Source: Carpediemonas membranifera BICM
Taxonomy: Eukaryota > Protista > Fornicata
Assembly: GCA_019828565.1 (NCBI GenBank)
Contig: JAHDYR010000017.1
Span: 62,001-126,000 of the forward strand
Length of the DNA stretch: 64,000 nt
Direction: 5' to 3'
Below are positions 47,686-58,946 of this stretch, piece by piece. A model generated the notes under the pieces. The model was not told where the DNA came from and searched no databases. It saw nothing but the letters and a program-made list of their open reading frames with translations. The first letter of the stretch is position 1. Each line of letters starts with the position of its first letter. The position numbers were made by a program, and so were the translations under genes.

Positions 47686-50600
47686 TGTGGTACCCAAACA
47701 ATTGAGAGAGTGAAATTTAGAAGCAGGTTTGAGATCATTGACCAAATAAGACTGATCATTAAATGAGGTCGTCATGACACTTCCCCCCATGATCCCAAAC
47801 CGTCCACAAGCTCAAACGTGCCTCCCAACCGTCAGCAAAAATTCTAACGGTTCAAGTCCGGCGAAATGCAAAACCCGCCAGACCGACTCCAGTGAAGTCA
47901 AAAACGCAATTGAGCACAATAGTCTGAAGAACGCTGTTCTAAACGAACAAATAGCGGACAGAATGGTGTAGAACATAAGAAATAACCAATATCAGTAACT
48001 AGATTCCAACGTTCTGCTCTTCCCCCCCTAGGCTGCGGTCACCAACTGGGCAAAACCCCAAAATGGCTTTTTGATGAGCCGTTGGTTATTAGCGCTGCCT
48101 ATAGGAAGCTAATTTCCTTTGACCTCGGAGTTTTCTGCGCAAACTCGGTTTGTCTGCGAGGTACTCCTCAAACGCCCTAAGTTCATCAAGGTCGGCGTTG
48201 AAGCGTTCCCCATGTCGCCTCTTCCTCGAGGTACCCCTCCCACAGCACATGTAGGTGAAGGACGCCGTCCTCAAATTTGTGAGAGTCGATCGCTTCTACG
48301 ACATATTCGTCAACTCTCTGGGCCGCGAGCCGTGTCAACTCAGCCCTTGTCGCGTCAGACTCAAAATGTCTTAGACGCTCGGCATGGACCTTAGCCACTA
48401 CGCCTGTCGTCAGGTTCTCCACGTAGTAAACGTTCGGCGACTCTGCGGGTCCCTGGCACCACATTGGCCCAGCCAGCTTCGTGCGGCGGCCGACAGTGGT
48501 CGTTACCAGCACTGGCTTGTTCGATAGGGCCACGTGTGATGCTTCTGATGGTGTTTGTTGTTGCAGCGCCTGGTCTTGGATGACTCTCTGTAGTTCTAGG
48601 CTGCGCTTGAAGGCCTCAAATGGCATCTTGCTCTCATTGCTCATGATCTCTTCTGGTCTTACGACCACGTCTTGGTTATAAAAGCAAATTCAGTGGCGAT
48701 AGGCCTGTCCTGGCCACAGATGTTGAATTAATGATGTACTGAGCCAAAGGTAGTAGCCGCGTCCATCTAAACTCCTGCAGATCGAGCATTAGCGTCTCTA
48801 GATGCCTCTTAACCTCGGCGTTGACCCTCTCAACTATTCCTTGAGAACCCGGGCGGTAAGGCGTGCCGACGTGATGTTGCGACCCGAGCCTTTCCATTAG
48901 AGCGTCAATCAGCTTATTTCTATACTGGCTGCCCCCGTCGCTGTGAATCACCCGGGGAATTCCGTAGTGACCCACCCAGGCCAAAATTGCCCCTGCCGCG
49001 GCATCTGCGTCCGTCGAACGCGTGGGGACCAGCATAGTTAGCTTCGAGTACGTGTCAATTAACACGCACACGTACCGCAGACCCTCGCTCTCCGCGATGG
49101 GTCCGATCGTGTCTACCTGCACGACATCAAACGGCAGGCGACCTGCCGTACGGTGGCACAAGTGTTGGACGGGCTTGGCCGTCTTGCGCGTGACCTGGCA
49201 CACAGGACACGACTGGACAAACTCCTCTGCGTCCTTATACATGCCCCTCCACCTCCTACCGAGCGATATAAGCTTGTTCACCGTCGCTCTCGCTCCGAGA
49301 TGGCCGTGTATGCCTCCGTGAACCTCGGAGATCCACGTGGCGTGATCATCTGCCTCGACTGTTGCACCGCATAGGCGAGATAGCGCGTCGGCAGCACCGT
49401 TCGCTTGACCAGGCACGTGTACGACGGAATAGTCGAACCTTTCCAGTGCCATGCGCCATCTAGTTACCTTAGCGTTCGTGCTTGTCGCGATATACAGCAA
49501 ATTCCGGTGGTCCGTTCTCACAGTAAACGGCCTGCCTACTAGGAACCGCTCGGCCTTGATCATAGCGTAATAAATGCCGAAGCCTTCCTTTTCATAGGTG
49601 CTCCACCTTCTTTGAACATCCGATAGTGTCTTGGAATAGAAAGCAATCGGACGCTCCTCCCCGTCTTCGATCTGTAACAAAACTGCCCCGACAGCGTAGT
49701 CACTCGCGTCGGTTTGTAGGATTAATTGGCAGCCACGCTTGGGGTGACTTAACATGTTGTTCTGAGATAGGGTCGCTTTGATGTCGACTAGGGCATCTTG
49801 TTGGGCCTTCTCCCAACGGAACTCTTCCTTGGCTCTCGTCAGAGCCAGGACTGGCTCCATCATATTGCCGTAGTTCGGAATCATATGGCTAAAATAGTTC
49901 GTGAACCCGAGTAAGGTTCTGACTCCGGCAACATCTCTCGGGCTGGTTAGGCGGTCGATGCCTTCTAGGCGGTCAGGCGCGATTCGCTTGCCGTCGCCAT
50001 TCACAAGCCAGCCCAAGTATTCTATTTCTGTCAGTCCGAACTCAGACTTGGACAGATTCAGCTTCAACTTGGCCGAGTTGAGCTTTCTCAAGACATAGTC
50101 CAGATTGTCGAGGTACTCTCTCTGGTTCTCTCCGAATATTACTATGTCGTCTACATATGCGAGACACCGTGTCCACAGTGCATCGCCTAGTACGGATTCG
50201 AGGGTCTTCTGACAGAAGGCTGCGGCCCCTTTGAGTCCGAAAGCTAAACGCTTGTACTGGTACTTACGCTTCCCAACTGTAAACGCCGTTAGTCTGCGTG
50301 AGCTCTTGGTCATAGGAATCTGGTGAAAGGCCTTGCTTAGGTCCAGCTTAGCGAAGAGGGTCTTACCCTCTAGTCTTGCTACCAGATCGTCAATGATAGG
50401 GAGGTCGTGATCGAAGTCCTCCGTCGCGTCGTTAAGGCGCCGAAAGTCCAAGCAGAGCCTGCGGGTGCGATCGCGCTTCCATACAAGCACCGTAGGATTG
50501 TTATAGTTGCTCGTAGACTCCTCAATCACATTCAGATCCTCCAGCTGCGCCGTCTGGCGCTGCATATCCTCTCTTTCTTCAGCCGAGACGTGGTATGGAG

Positions 50601-52032
50601 GGATGTTGATAACCTTCTGGTTTGTAAGAACCAGTTCGAAGGGTGGAACGTCTGCTGGCTGCGAAATGTCGCCGAGAACGTCTTTGTACTTGCTTAGGAT
50701 GGTATTAGTCTCTTCAGGGAAGCTACGTATCTGTAGTTCGTGCTCCGCTTCAGCAAGGGTAAATAACGTCTCGTCTACTTCATCTTCATCAAGCTCCGCG
50801 AAGTGTGGCTCTCCAGAATTCTCCATCGTCGGCTTGACGATCGTGATTAGCCCCAACGCACTTAATGTCGATATTCCCATAACTAATGTCGGCTTCAGCC
50901 CGGGTAGCACCCGCAAATTGAGAGCAGCTTGAGTTCTCCGCCCAGTAGATGGCAACACTCCAAAATCTGCACTCAACTTAACAATGCCGGGTGAGTTGTA
51001 AATCGTACCAGTGGCCAGCTTAACCTTAGCATGGTCGGGCTCGACGACTAGGCCGAGCTCTTTGACGAGGGATTGGGATATAAAGTCGGCAGAGGCCCCT
51101 GTGTCATAAAGGAACGCCAACACTCTCCCCAGGATGCCCACCTCGCCAATGGGTCTGTTGTCGCGGTCCTCCGCGACCAAAGCATTAAGATGAACGTACT
51201 TCTGCCCCTTTACTCCCTCACGCTCGTCACGCTTACGCTTCCAACACGTATCAGCAGTGTGACCCTTGCGCTGGCAGTACTCACAAGCAGTTTCCGACTT
51301 CTCCTTAGCCTTAGTCATCGTTGCGGAGGTCGCACTCTCTCGCTCCACACGCTGGTGCTCTCTGCGAGCCTTCTCTGCTTCCGTGGCCTGGATGAATGCC
51401 TCGGCGATCGTCTCGTCAAGCGTCTTCGCCTTCTTAGCATTCACTCGCTCCTTCAAGCGACCGTACCTGATGCCAGCAACAAAGGCATCGACGATGAGCT
51501 TCTCCGTGGGCCGAACCTTACAACAGTTACGAACTTGACGCTTATACGCCAGGGCATACGCGGCCATGTTGTCAATGAGGTTACCCTCAGAGCCGCACGA
51601 CAAGTCCTTAAAGCGATCTAAAGCGTCCACCTCATCCAGAGGCTGCATCAGCTCGTCTACCATGGTGATAAAGGCCTCGTTGAGTTCAGAGGTATCGGCC
51701 GGCTCTTCATCCGGCGTTTCATTAGCGTACTCAAGGAACCCCTCAAGTTCAGGGATTCGGATCTTAAGAACCTCTAGGACCTGCGTTTCGATTAGGTCAA
51801 AGGCAACGATCGGATCGGCTTCACGGGCAGCATACTGCTCGTAGTCTTGACGGAAAGTATACCACGACTTGGTGGTGGCCTTTCGCAGGAACGGGGCGTT
51901 GTTGAGTTTTGTTTCAGGTAAATGCATGCAGTAATTACTGTGGTACCCAAACAATTGAGAGAGTGAAATTTAGAAGCAGGTTTGAGATCATTGACCAAAT
52001 AAGACTGATCATTAAATGAGGTCGTCATGACA
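47686..52032 (-). mobile_element. Full-length Gypsy-A element, 94-bp LTRs, GAGGG TSD
   Basis: LTRs 47686..47779 and 51939..52032; TSD at 47681..47685 and 52033..52037. Confidence 0.95.
48089..51927 (-). CDS. Gypsy-A single-ORF gag-pol-chromodomain polyprotein (homopolymer frameshifts near 48680 and 48210)
   Basis: 1092-aa ORF plus 48186..48668; all Ty3/Gypsy domains in PR-RT-RH-IN-CHD order. Confidence 0.9.
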
Positions 52033-52944
52033 GAGGGTCAACGCCGAGGTTAAGAGGCATCTAGAGACGCTAATGCTCGATCTGCAGGAGTTTAGATGGA
52101 CACGGCTACTACCTTTGGCTCAGTACATCATTAATTCAACATCTGTGGCCAGGACAGGCCTATCGCCACTGAATTTGCTTTATAACCAAGACGTGGTCGT
52201 AAGACCAGAAAAGATCATGAGCAATGAGAGCAAGATGCCATTTGAGGCCTTCAAGCGCAGCCTGAAACTACAGAGAGTCATCCAAGACCAGGCGCTGCAA
52301 CAACAAACACCATCAGAAGCATCACACGTGGCCCTATCGAACAAGCCAGTGCTGGTAACGACCACTGTCGGCCGCCGCACGAAGCTGGCTGGGCCAATGT
52401 GTTGCCAGGGACCCGCAGAGTCGCCGAACGTTTACTACGTGGAGAACCTGACGACAGGCGTAGTGGCTAAGGTCCATGCCGAGCGTCTAAGACATTTTGA
52501 GTCTGACGCGACAAGGGCTGAGTTGACACGGCTCGCGGCCCAGAGAGTTGACGAATATGTCGTAGAAGCGATCGACTCTCACAAATTTGAGGACGGCGTC
52601 CTTCACCTACATGTGCTGTGGGAGGGGTACCTCGAGGAAGAGGCGACATGGGAACGCTTCAACGCCGACCTTGATGAACTTAGGGCGTTTGAGGAGTACG
52701 TCGCAGACAAACCGAGTTTGCGCAGAAAACTCCGAGGTCAAAGGAAATTAGCTTCCTATAGGCAGCGCTAATAACCAACGGCTCATCAAAAAGCCATTTT
52801 GGGGTTTTGCCCAGTTGGTGACCGCAGCCTAGGGGGGGAAGAGCAGAACGTTGGAATCTAGTTACTGATATTGCTCTTTCAGCGTAAAAATGAACAATTG
52901 GTTTTGATTCATTCAAAGTTCTGCTCACAAATTGAAGAGAGTGA

Positions 52945-53874
52945 ATGGTCGTAACTGATTCAGAGAGACTGAACATAGCAACACTTCTCGGAAGTGGAAT
53001 GTCAATAGCAAACATTGCACGCGTAACGGGCCGTTGCCGCAATGTCATCTATGATATCAAGGCCAATAGAGCGAAATGCTCTGGAAAGAGAGTGAGACCA
53101 GCTACCAAGATGAGCCCAGAAGTGACGAAGTATGTACGTGACTATGTTCTCCAGAATCCGGCTGCTCGGCTTAGCGACATAGCCACTGTCGTGCAGCTGA
53201 AGTTCGGTATTTCAGTATCGCTATCCAGCCTCTCCCAGACGATACTACACAAAGAGAAGCTTACGCTCAAGGTCGGTGACACCAGATGGATGGAAAGGAA
53301 TCCAGAGGAAGCCTGGCGTTTCCGTTCATTCTACGCAACGGAGATTGCCCCGTACTATTCCACCGATCAAGTCTTCTTCCTCGACGAGACTAGCTTCGAC
53401 CCCCGTCACCTGGCGGTCAAGCGAGTGCGTGGCCCAAAAGGCGTTAGGACATATGCTTGCCGCAAGGGTGGCCCGGTCGGCCAGCGTTACTCGGTGTGCG
53501 CGACTCTTGGCGTCGAAGGGATCAAGCACAGAGTCATAACGACAGGTACATTTACTGCTGACAAGTTTCTAGACAATACCATAGAGTTGCTGGGGATGAT
53601 ACCGGGGTGCGTCCTCGTGATGGACAATGCCTCCATACACGCACTCAAGGGCAAGCTTGACGCCCTAATGCAACTCTATGATGTCCGCATCGTCTTCCTC
53701 CCTAAGTATTCGCCATTCTTGAACCCAATCGAGGTTGTGTTCGCGTGGATCAAGGCGTTTGTTCACACGCACTTTAAGGACATGGGGCGTTTGCCGGCAA
53801 TACTCGCCGCCTTTGATGACGTTGCCAAGAAAAACATAAGAGGTCTCTACGAGAAGCATGGATATTCCCATTAA
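52945..53874 (+). CDS. IS630-like DD35E transposase
   Basis: N-terminal HTH; FLDETSF, VMDNASIH, LPKYSPFLNPIE with 35 residues between D and E. Confidence 0.95.
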   Translation: MVVTDSERLNIATLLGSGMSIANIARVTGRCRNVIYDIKANRAKCSGKRVRPATKMSPEVTKYVRDYVLQNPAARLSDIATVVQLKFGISVSLSSLSQTILHKEKLTLKVGDTRWMERNPEEAWRFRSFYATEIAPYYSTDQVFFLDETSFDPRHLAVKRVRGPKGVRTYACRKGGPVGQRYSVCATLGVEGIKHRVITTGTFTADKFLDNTIELLGMIPGCVLVMDNASIHALKGKLDALMQLYDVRIVFLPKYSPFLNPIEVVFAWIKAFVHTHFKDMGRLPAILAAFDDVAKKNIRGLYEKHGYSH

Positions 53875-53880
53875 AGCTGT

Positions 53881-54330
53881 TTATTCTCTCAATTCTTGGC
53901 TGGATGCAACAGATAGAGCTGGCTGAGAAGGTTCGCTGCGCTCTGCTTCCTCCAAAGACGCAAGGAACGAGATAACGCGAGAGTACCACTCGGGCTTCAC
54001 TGGGATGGAGATAAAGCCGTGCGACACTTCTCTCCGCGGTGCAGGCTGATAGTCAGAGGATGAGGGCGTCGAGTGCGGCTTCAGGAGACCGGCGGGAGGA
54101 TTAGCGACAGTGGCATGTCCTCGCATGATCTCGAATGCCCATGCGGCAATCATCCTTCCAGGGAGAGCCCGTGCAATCTCCGAGTTCTCCACCAACGTCC
54201 TCATTCCCTGTGTTATCGCGGAGTTATCAACATTACCATCCTCAGCTGTAGATAAAACATCTTTGAATGGGCATCCAGCCCTGTTGTGGTTCTTGCAGCT
54301 GCACAGGCTACACGTTACAGTTCTCACCAT
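53881..54330 (-). CDS. Zinc-knuckle accessory protein inside the IS630-like element
   Basis: CSLCSCKNHNRAGC (CX2CX4HX4C); fills the space between the transposase stop and the right TIR. Confidence 0.7.
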   Translation of the reverse strand: MVRTVTCSLCSCKNHNRAGCPFKDVLSTAEDGNVDNSAITQGMRTLVENSEIARALPGRMIAAWAFEIMRGHATVANPPAGLLKPHSTPSSSDYQPAPRREVSHGFISIPVKPEWYSRVISFLASLEEAERSEPSQPALSVASSQELRE

Positions 54331-54701
54331 CTGTCGTCAATCAAAAAGTTCCAGGCCTAATCAAAATGATGTTCATTTTTAGAGTAAAAGAGCAATATTG
54401 GTTATTTCTTATGTTCTACACCATTCTGTGCGCTATTTGTTCGTTTAGAACAGCGTTCTTCAGACTATTGTGCTCAATTGCGTTTTTGACTTCACTGGAG
54501 TCGGTCTGGCGGGTTTTGCATTTCGCCGGACTTGAACCGTTAGAATTTTTGCTGACGGTTGGGAGGCACGTTTGAGCTTGTGGACGGGTTGGGATCATGG
54601 GGGGAAGTGTCATGACGACCTCATTTAATGATCAGTCTTATTTGGTCAATGATCTCAAACCTGCTTCTAAATTTCACTCTCTCAATTGTTTGGGTACCAC
54701 A

Positions 54702-54920
54702 AGCTGTCCGTGAGAAGAGCCGCATTGGGCGCATATCGGCACAATTCGACTTGGCGCTCAGCCCCGCCAAGACTAAGGTCCTGCACAGTTCGATCGCGTC
54801 GTGGAGTAAGCGCGGCGAAGTATCTGGGTGTGTGGGTCCGGCGTGTGTGGGTGGGGACGCGAACCAGGCGACCCTCTCCGAACGGCTATATCGCGCCCGG
54901 TATCCGAATGCTGCGGCCCC
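54702..54920 (+). pseudogene. Short non-LTR RT remnant
   Basis: FDLALSPAKTKVL then KYLGVWV in an adjacent frame, the typical LINE RT C-terminal motifs. Confidence 0.5.
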
Positions 54921-54922
54921 CG

Positions 54923-56329
54923 ATGATGAAACGCGGCAACGAGACCCAGCTTGCCCGCATGTCCAAGATCTTCACGCCCCACTTTGTCCACCTCGCTGTC
55001 GACAAGAACGGCTGCGCTGTGGCCCGCGATCTCTTCAAGTACTGCTACCTTGCCGCCCACGGACCAGAAGAGGCCGTCGATTCCATCACCGCCGTCATCG
55101 CCGGATCTGCCGCTCACGTCGCTTCATCCCAGTTCGGTGGCCCGATCTTCGCCACGATCTATTCTGCTGCCAACCCTGAGCAGCAGAAGAAGCTGTTCGC
55201 AGAGGCGACCGGCATCCCTGAGGACAAGACTCTGGCGGATGTACTCGACGAGGCCGATGACCGCGACAAGGCGCTGCTGAAGTTCCGTCGCAAGGCTAGC
55301 AAGATGATCACGGAGCGCCACCTCTTCCTGGTGAACTTCCCCGCCCTCTTCACCGCCACCGTCGTCGCGGAGGCCAAGTCTGCCGACTTCTCGACTTTCC
55401 TCCTCGACAACATCCTTGCGCGCGCCAAGCCCGCTGACATCATGACCCACAAGGAGGCCGGCCACCTGCTCTGCACCCTCGCCATCCACGCTGACCCGGC
55501 CGCCGCCAAGGCTCTGCTCGCCTCGGTGAAGGAGACCGCCCCCGCAATCGCCGGTGATGCCAAGACCCAGCCGCTGCTGATGGCCCTCGCCAGCAGATCC
55601 GCCCAGTTTGCAGCTGACGTGGCTGAGGCGATTGTCGCCAACGGCGTTGCTGCCGTCCTCGCGTCGCCCACCGGCCCCCGCATGCTCGGCTTGCTCGTGG
55701 AGGGCGCTGATACTGTCGAGGCGATGACATGGCCCACCCCCGCCCAGAAAGAGGCCATTACCGGACCCGTGGTGGCGATCGAGTCCATCGCCACAGCCGT
55801 CTTCGAGTACTTCGCCGCGAACCCCGAGAAGCTCGACATCACCACCGGCAACCTGCTCTGCTCCGCACTGGCTTCGGCCGGCAGTGATGCGGTCTGCAAG
55901 CTGGCGGAGAAGTGGGTGGAGACCAGCCAGCACACTGAGCACAAGCAGCACCGCACCATGCAGCGCCTCTGCAAGCGCGAGTGCTCCAACGCCACCGTGT
56001 TTGCCGGTGCCGTTGTCGGAGCCATCAACGCCGAGAACGCCGAGTTCTTCCTCTCCAGGCGCGGCGCCTTCGTCCTGGCCGCCGCCGCGAAGCAGGTGCC
56101 CAAGTCTGCTGTGGGCATCGTCGACACATACCAGAAGGAGGTCGCCGAGGACGCCGGCGCCCAGGCCCTGCAGGCTGCCCTCAAGGAGGAGCGCGAGAAG
56201 ATCCAGAAGCAGCCCAAGACCCCCGGCCGGAAGCGTCGTGCCAAGGTCGAGACCCCCTTGACCCCGTCACGCCGGTCAACACGGGTGCGGACGCCAGTGC
56301 GTCACAACCCCGATGAGGGCTACAATTAA
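54923..56329 (+). CDS. PUF6: PUM3/Puf6-like Pumilio-repeat protein, apparently lacking its 5' end
   Basis: MMKRGNETQLARMSKIF..LAVDKNGCAVARDLFKY resembles a Puf6 repeat; later THKEAG and SRRGAFVL motifs; basic tail; host codon usage. Confidence 0.55.
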   Translation: MMKRGNETQLARMSKIFTPHFVHLAVDKNGCAVARDLFKYCYLAAHGPEEAVDSITAVIAGSAAHVASSQFGGPIFATIYSAANPEQQKKLFAEATGIPEDKTLADVLDEADDRDKALLKFRRKASKMITERHLFLVNFPALFTATVVAEAKSADFSTFLLDNILARAKPADIMTHKEAGHLLCTLAIHADPAAAKALLASVKETAPAIAGDAKTQPLLMALASRSAQFAADVAEAIVANGVAAVLASPTGPRMLGLLVEGADTVEAMTWPTPAQKEAITGPVVAIESIATAVFEYFAANPEKLDITTGNLLCSALASAGSDAVCKLAEKWVETSQHTEHKQHRTMQRLCKRECSNATVFAGAVVGAINAENAEFFLSRRGAFVLAAAAKQVPKSAVGIVDTYQKEVAEDAGAQALQAALKEEREKIQKQPKTPGRKRRAKVETPLTPSRRSTRVRTPVRHNPDEGYN

Positions 56330-56490
56330 ATTTGCGGTTGAGCGGCGTGATGGATGATGGCAGTCGGTAACACTGGGCGCCAGGCCTGTCATACAACAGG
56401 ATCGAGCCTCGTCTGTCACATTTGCCAAGCTAGGTCAACCCAGGTCGACTCAACGTTGATCTTGGACGGCTTCAGAAATACAACAGGAAT

Positions 56491-56983
56491 TTAGTTCTCA
56501 ACGCCGATGTCCTCGTTCCAGATCTTTGGGTTCGCAGCAATCCAGTCAGCCATCATCTTCTTGGCCTCAGGAAGGTCGAGGTTGACGACCTCGACGGGCT
56601 TCTCGGGGAACGTCTTCATCAGCTCCTCGGCCCCCATGAAGTTCTCGTTCTCAGCGAGCACTACACGGGGGATTCCGTACAGCAGCATTGTCCCTGTGCC
56701 TGTGTGAGTTGGTGTGGGCGGACGAACACATGACGCAAGGGCTGAGCGTCGTGTACATAGTGGCGCGGGCGTATTCGGACGCCTTGAGGCGGCCAGCGTC
56801 CTCCATTGCTGACATCTCGCCGTGGAGAGTGGGAGAATTCTTCTGGACACGCATGTTGTGTCCGCGGCCGCGAACTTCGCCGTCAATGACGAGGCATGCA
56901 CCGATGGGAATGCCTCCTTCGGCCATACCGGCCTTGGCCTCATCAAGGGCAATCTGCATGAACTTCAGATCCTGTTCACTCAT
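56491..56983 (-). CDS. FCY1: Cytosine deaminase (yeast FCY1-type), one 28-nt intron at 56700..56727
   Basis: EGGIPIGA, GHN, LHGE, TLSPCVMC(T)G after splicing, YGIPRVV..EN..F, WNEDIG. Confidence 0.92.
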
Positions 56984-57302
56984 CGTTTGGTGTATTCTCG
57001 TGTGGTGTGATTCTGGGTTTCAAACTTGGAGTTGAGTCGACTTTGATCAAGCTTGACTGTCACTTTCAGAGTCACCGTATGCATGAGAGAGCATTAGGAT
57101 GTCGACTGCGGGGGCGTCTGGGCGAGAACAGCCTGCCCTGACGCGTTTCGGCGGTAGACCTATCCTCTCAGACCCAACTGCAGAAATGCGCACAGCACAC
57201 ATTGGGCAGACGGAAGCCACGTCCCGGAGCCCAGATACGCTGTGCTATCGGCCCAATCTTTTTTTCGCGCAAAAGCAGACAAAACTCAACCGAACAACCA
57301 GT

Positions 57303-58582
57303 ATGGGCGAATTCCCCGACGATCTGCACGATGAGACCGGCCCCCTCCTTCTCCAATCCAAGGACATTCAACCCGGTGACATCATTCTGTGGAAGGGCAA
57401 CCCCGCGGAGTTCCTCGATCTCCTCATCATGAGTCTCACCGAATCCGACTGCTCCCACGCCACCATCGTTTACGATACGAACCTCGACCCCGATCACCCC
57501 GACTATCACGGCTACGACACCATGGTGTGCGAAGAGACGTCGTATGGCGTCCACGCCAGCATGACTGTCGACAAGAAGGACTGGAGAATCGGGTACGTCC
57601 GCCGCCCCAAGTGTCTGATGGGTGACAATGCGCTCCCGTTCCAGCCCGTCAAGGAATTGTGCGCCAAGTACGTGAGGCAGAACAACAAGGTCAGTCGCCC
57701 CTCCCCAACTCACGCAGTACAACACCGCCGACTTCGCCGCCCTCACCGTCCTGCTGCTGCTCAAGAACTACACCCCCGAGATCGACCTCCAGCTGGACAT
57801 CATCACGCTGCTGGAGATGGCCGCCCACTTCCTGAACTCGACCTTCTTCGCCATCGCCGAGCCCAAGAAGGCCGCCGAGGGTGGCCTGCTGACCTGCTCC
57901 TCCTTCGTCTACCATGTTTACGAGGAGGCCTCTGAGAAGGAGCCCGGCTACAAGCTGAAGGTTGTCGACGGCGTCTGCGCCAACATGAAGCGCGACGTGA
58001 TCCCCAGCCCGCTCGAGCAGCCGATCAAGTTCATAGACTACCTCATCAGCGACCTCTCCCACGATGCCTCCCTCGCGGGCGATCTTGCGCGCGTTGTCTT
58101 CGAGCTCGGCGAGCACATCATCAACCTGGCCGAGGACAAGATCGAGGACGTCTTCCACAGCATCTACGACTGGGTCACCCACCACATCATCAAGGGCGAC
58201 TCCGGCGAGCCCACCAACCAGGAGCGCCTTGCTGCGACCGTCGACGCGGACCCGCACGAAGAACCCCTCTGTATACGGCCCCGTGCTCGTCATCGCCGCC
58301 AACCTGTACAAGTCCCAGCACCCCGAGATGACGTCGGACGACATCAAGGCCATGGTCGAGAACGACCCTGCCGAGCTCCTGCGCTGGCTGCGCGACGACT
58401 ACGACTACGGATGGATGGTGACGCCGACCGACCTTAAGGTGCACTGTCCTGACCTCGTCGACGTCGGGTACGTCCGCTTCAAGCACGGCGACACCAAGTA
58501 CGACCTGAGCTCCAAGCCTTACGTCCCCGTCGGCGAGGAAAAGAAGGCGCCCAAGGAGAAGGGCTGCTGCACCGCCATGTAA
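57303..58582 (+). CDS. Permuted papain-like NlpC/P60 (YiiX/YebB-like) enzyme with C-terminal CaaX; intron 57690..57717; 1-nt frameshift near 58248
   Basis: IQPGDIIL, SHATIV, KY, LTCSSFVYHVY, VTPTDL; ends GCCTAM. Confidence 0.75.
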
Positions 58583-58624
58583 CAGAGTAAACTTTAGAGG
58601 GGCTGTGTATTTCGCGCAGCAGGG

Positions 58625-58840
58625 TCAGTAGTAGCGGTCGTACTCGTCCTCGTAGTCCTCCTCGTCGTCCTCGTCCCCGTATATCACCACGGGTACGTCC
58701 AGGTCGCCCAGCACGCGCGCCACCGCCTCGTCGCTCACAGCGTCAGACTCGAGGTCGTCCATCAGCTCCGCGAGCAGCTGAGTATCGTGCAGCAGCGACG
58801 TGTACGTTGCATCGCTTATCGGCTCACCGTGAAGCAGCAT
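58625..58840 (-). CDS. Small acidic hypothetical protein (71 aa)
   Basis: Host-like codon usage; fits the gap between neighbouring genes. Confidence 0.5.
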   Translation of the reverse strand: MLLHGEPISDATYTSLLHDTQLLAELMDDLESDAVSDEAVARVLGDLDVPVVIYGDEDDEEDYEDEYDRYY

Positions 58841-58946
58841 TGTCTGGCTGGCGTCTTCGAGGGCTCACGTCAAGTACAGGGTGCGTGCAATGGTTGGACC
58901 ATTCCTCGTGGGTAACAATGACTCTGTACGTAACGCGCAGAGAAAT

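Larger units (their letters stand above)
52871..54395 (+). mobile_element. IS630/Tc1/mariner-superfamily transposon with TA TSD
   Basis: Imperfect TIRs TTGCTCTTT..TAAAAATGAACA; TA duplicated at 52869-70 and 54396-97; empty site gttactgaTAttggtt seen near 42560. Confidence 0.95.
47333..54701 (+). mobile_element. Gypsy-A 3' portion (integrase, chromodomain, 3' LTR 54608..54701) hosting two nested insertions
   Basis: 47333..47685, 52033..52870 and 54398..54701 are contiguous Gypsy-A sequence once the inserts are removed. Confidence 0.9.

Noticed and set aside
55124-56244. Long antisense ORFs over the PUM3-like gene, and similar ones over Gypsy, LINE and WD40 genes
   Set aside because: Shadow ORFs produced by GC-rich codon bias; no motifs.
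10440-58260. Many frameshifts (PHD ~10444, Gypsy-C ~22125, OTU ~27312, Gypsy-B ~36720, Gypsy-A ~48210 and ~48680, NlpC/P60 ~58248) as programmed frameshifting
   Set aside because: Most are single-base changes in homopolymer runs, and where duplicate copies exist they differ between copies; long-read assembly error is the simpler explanation.
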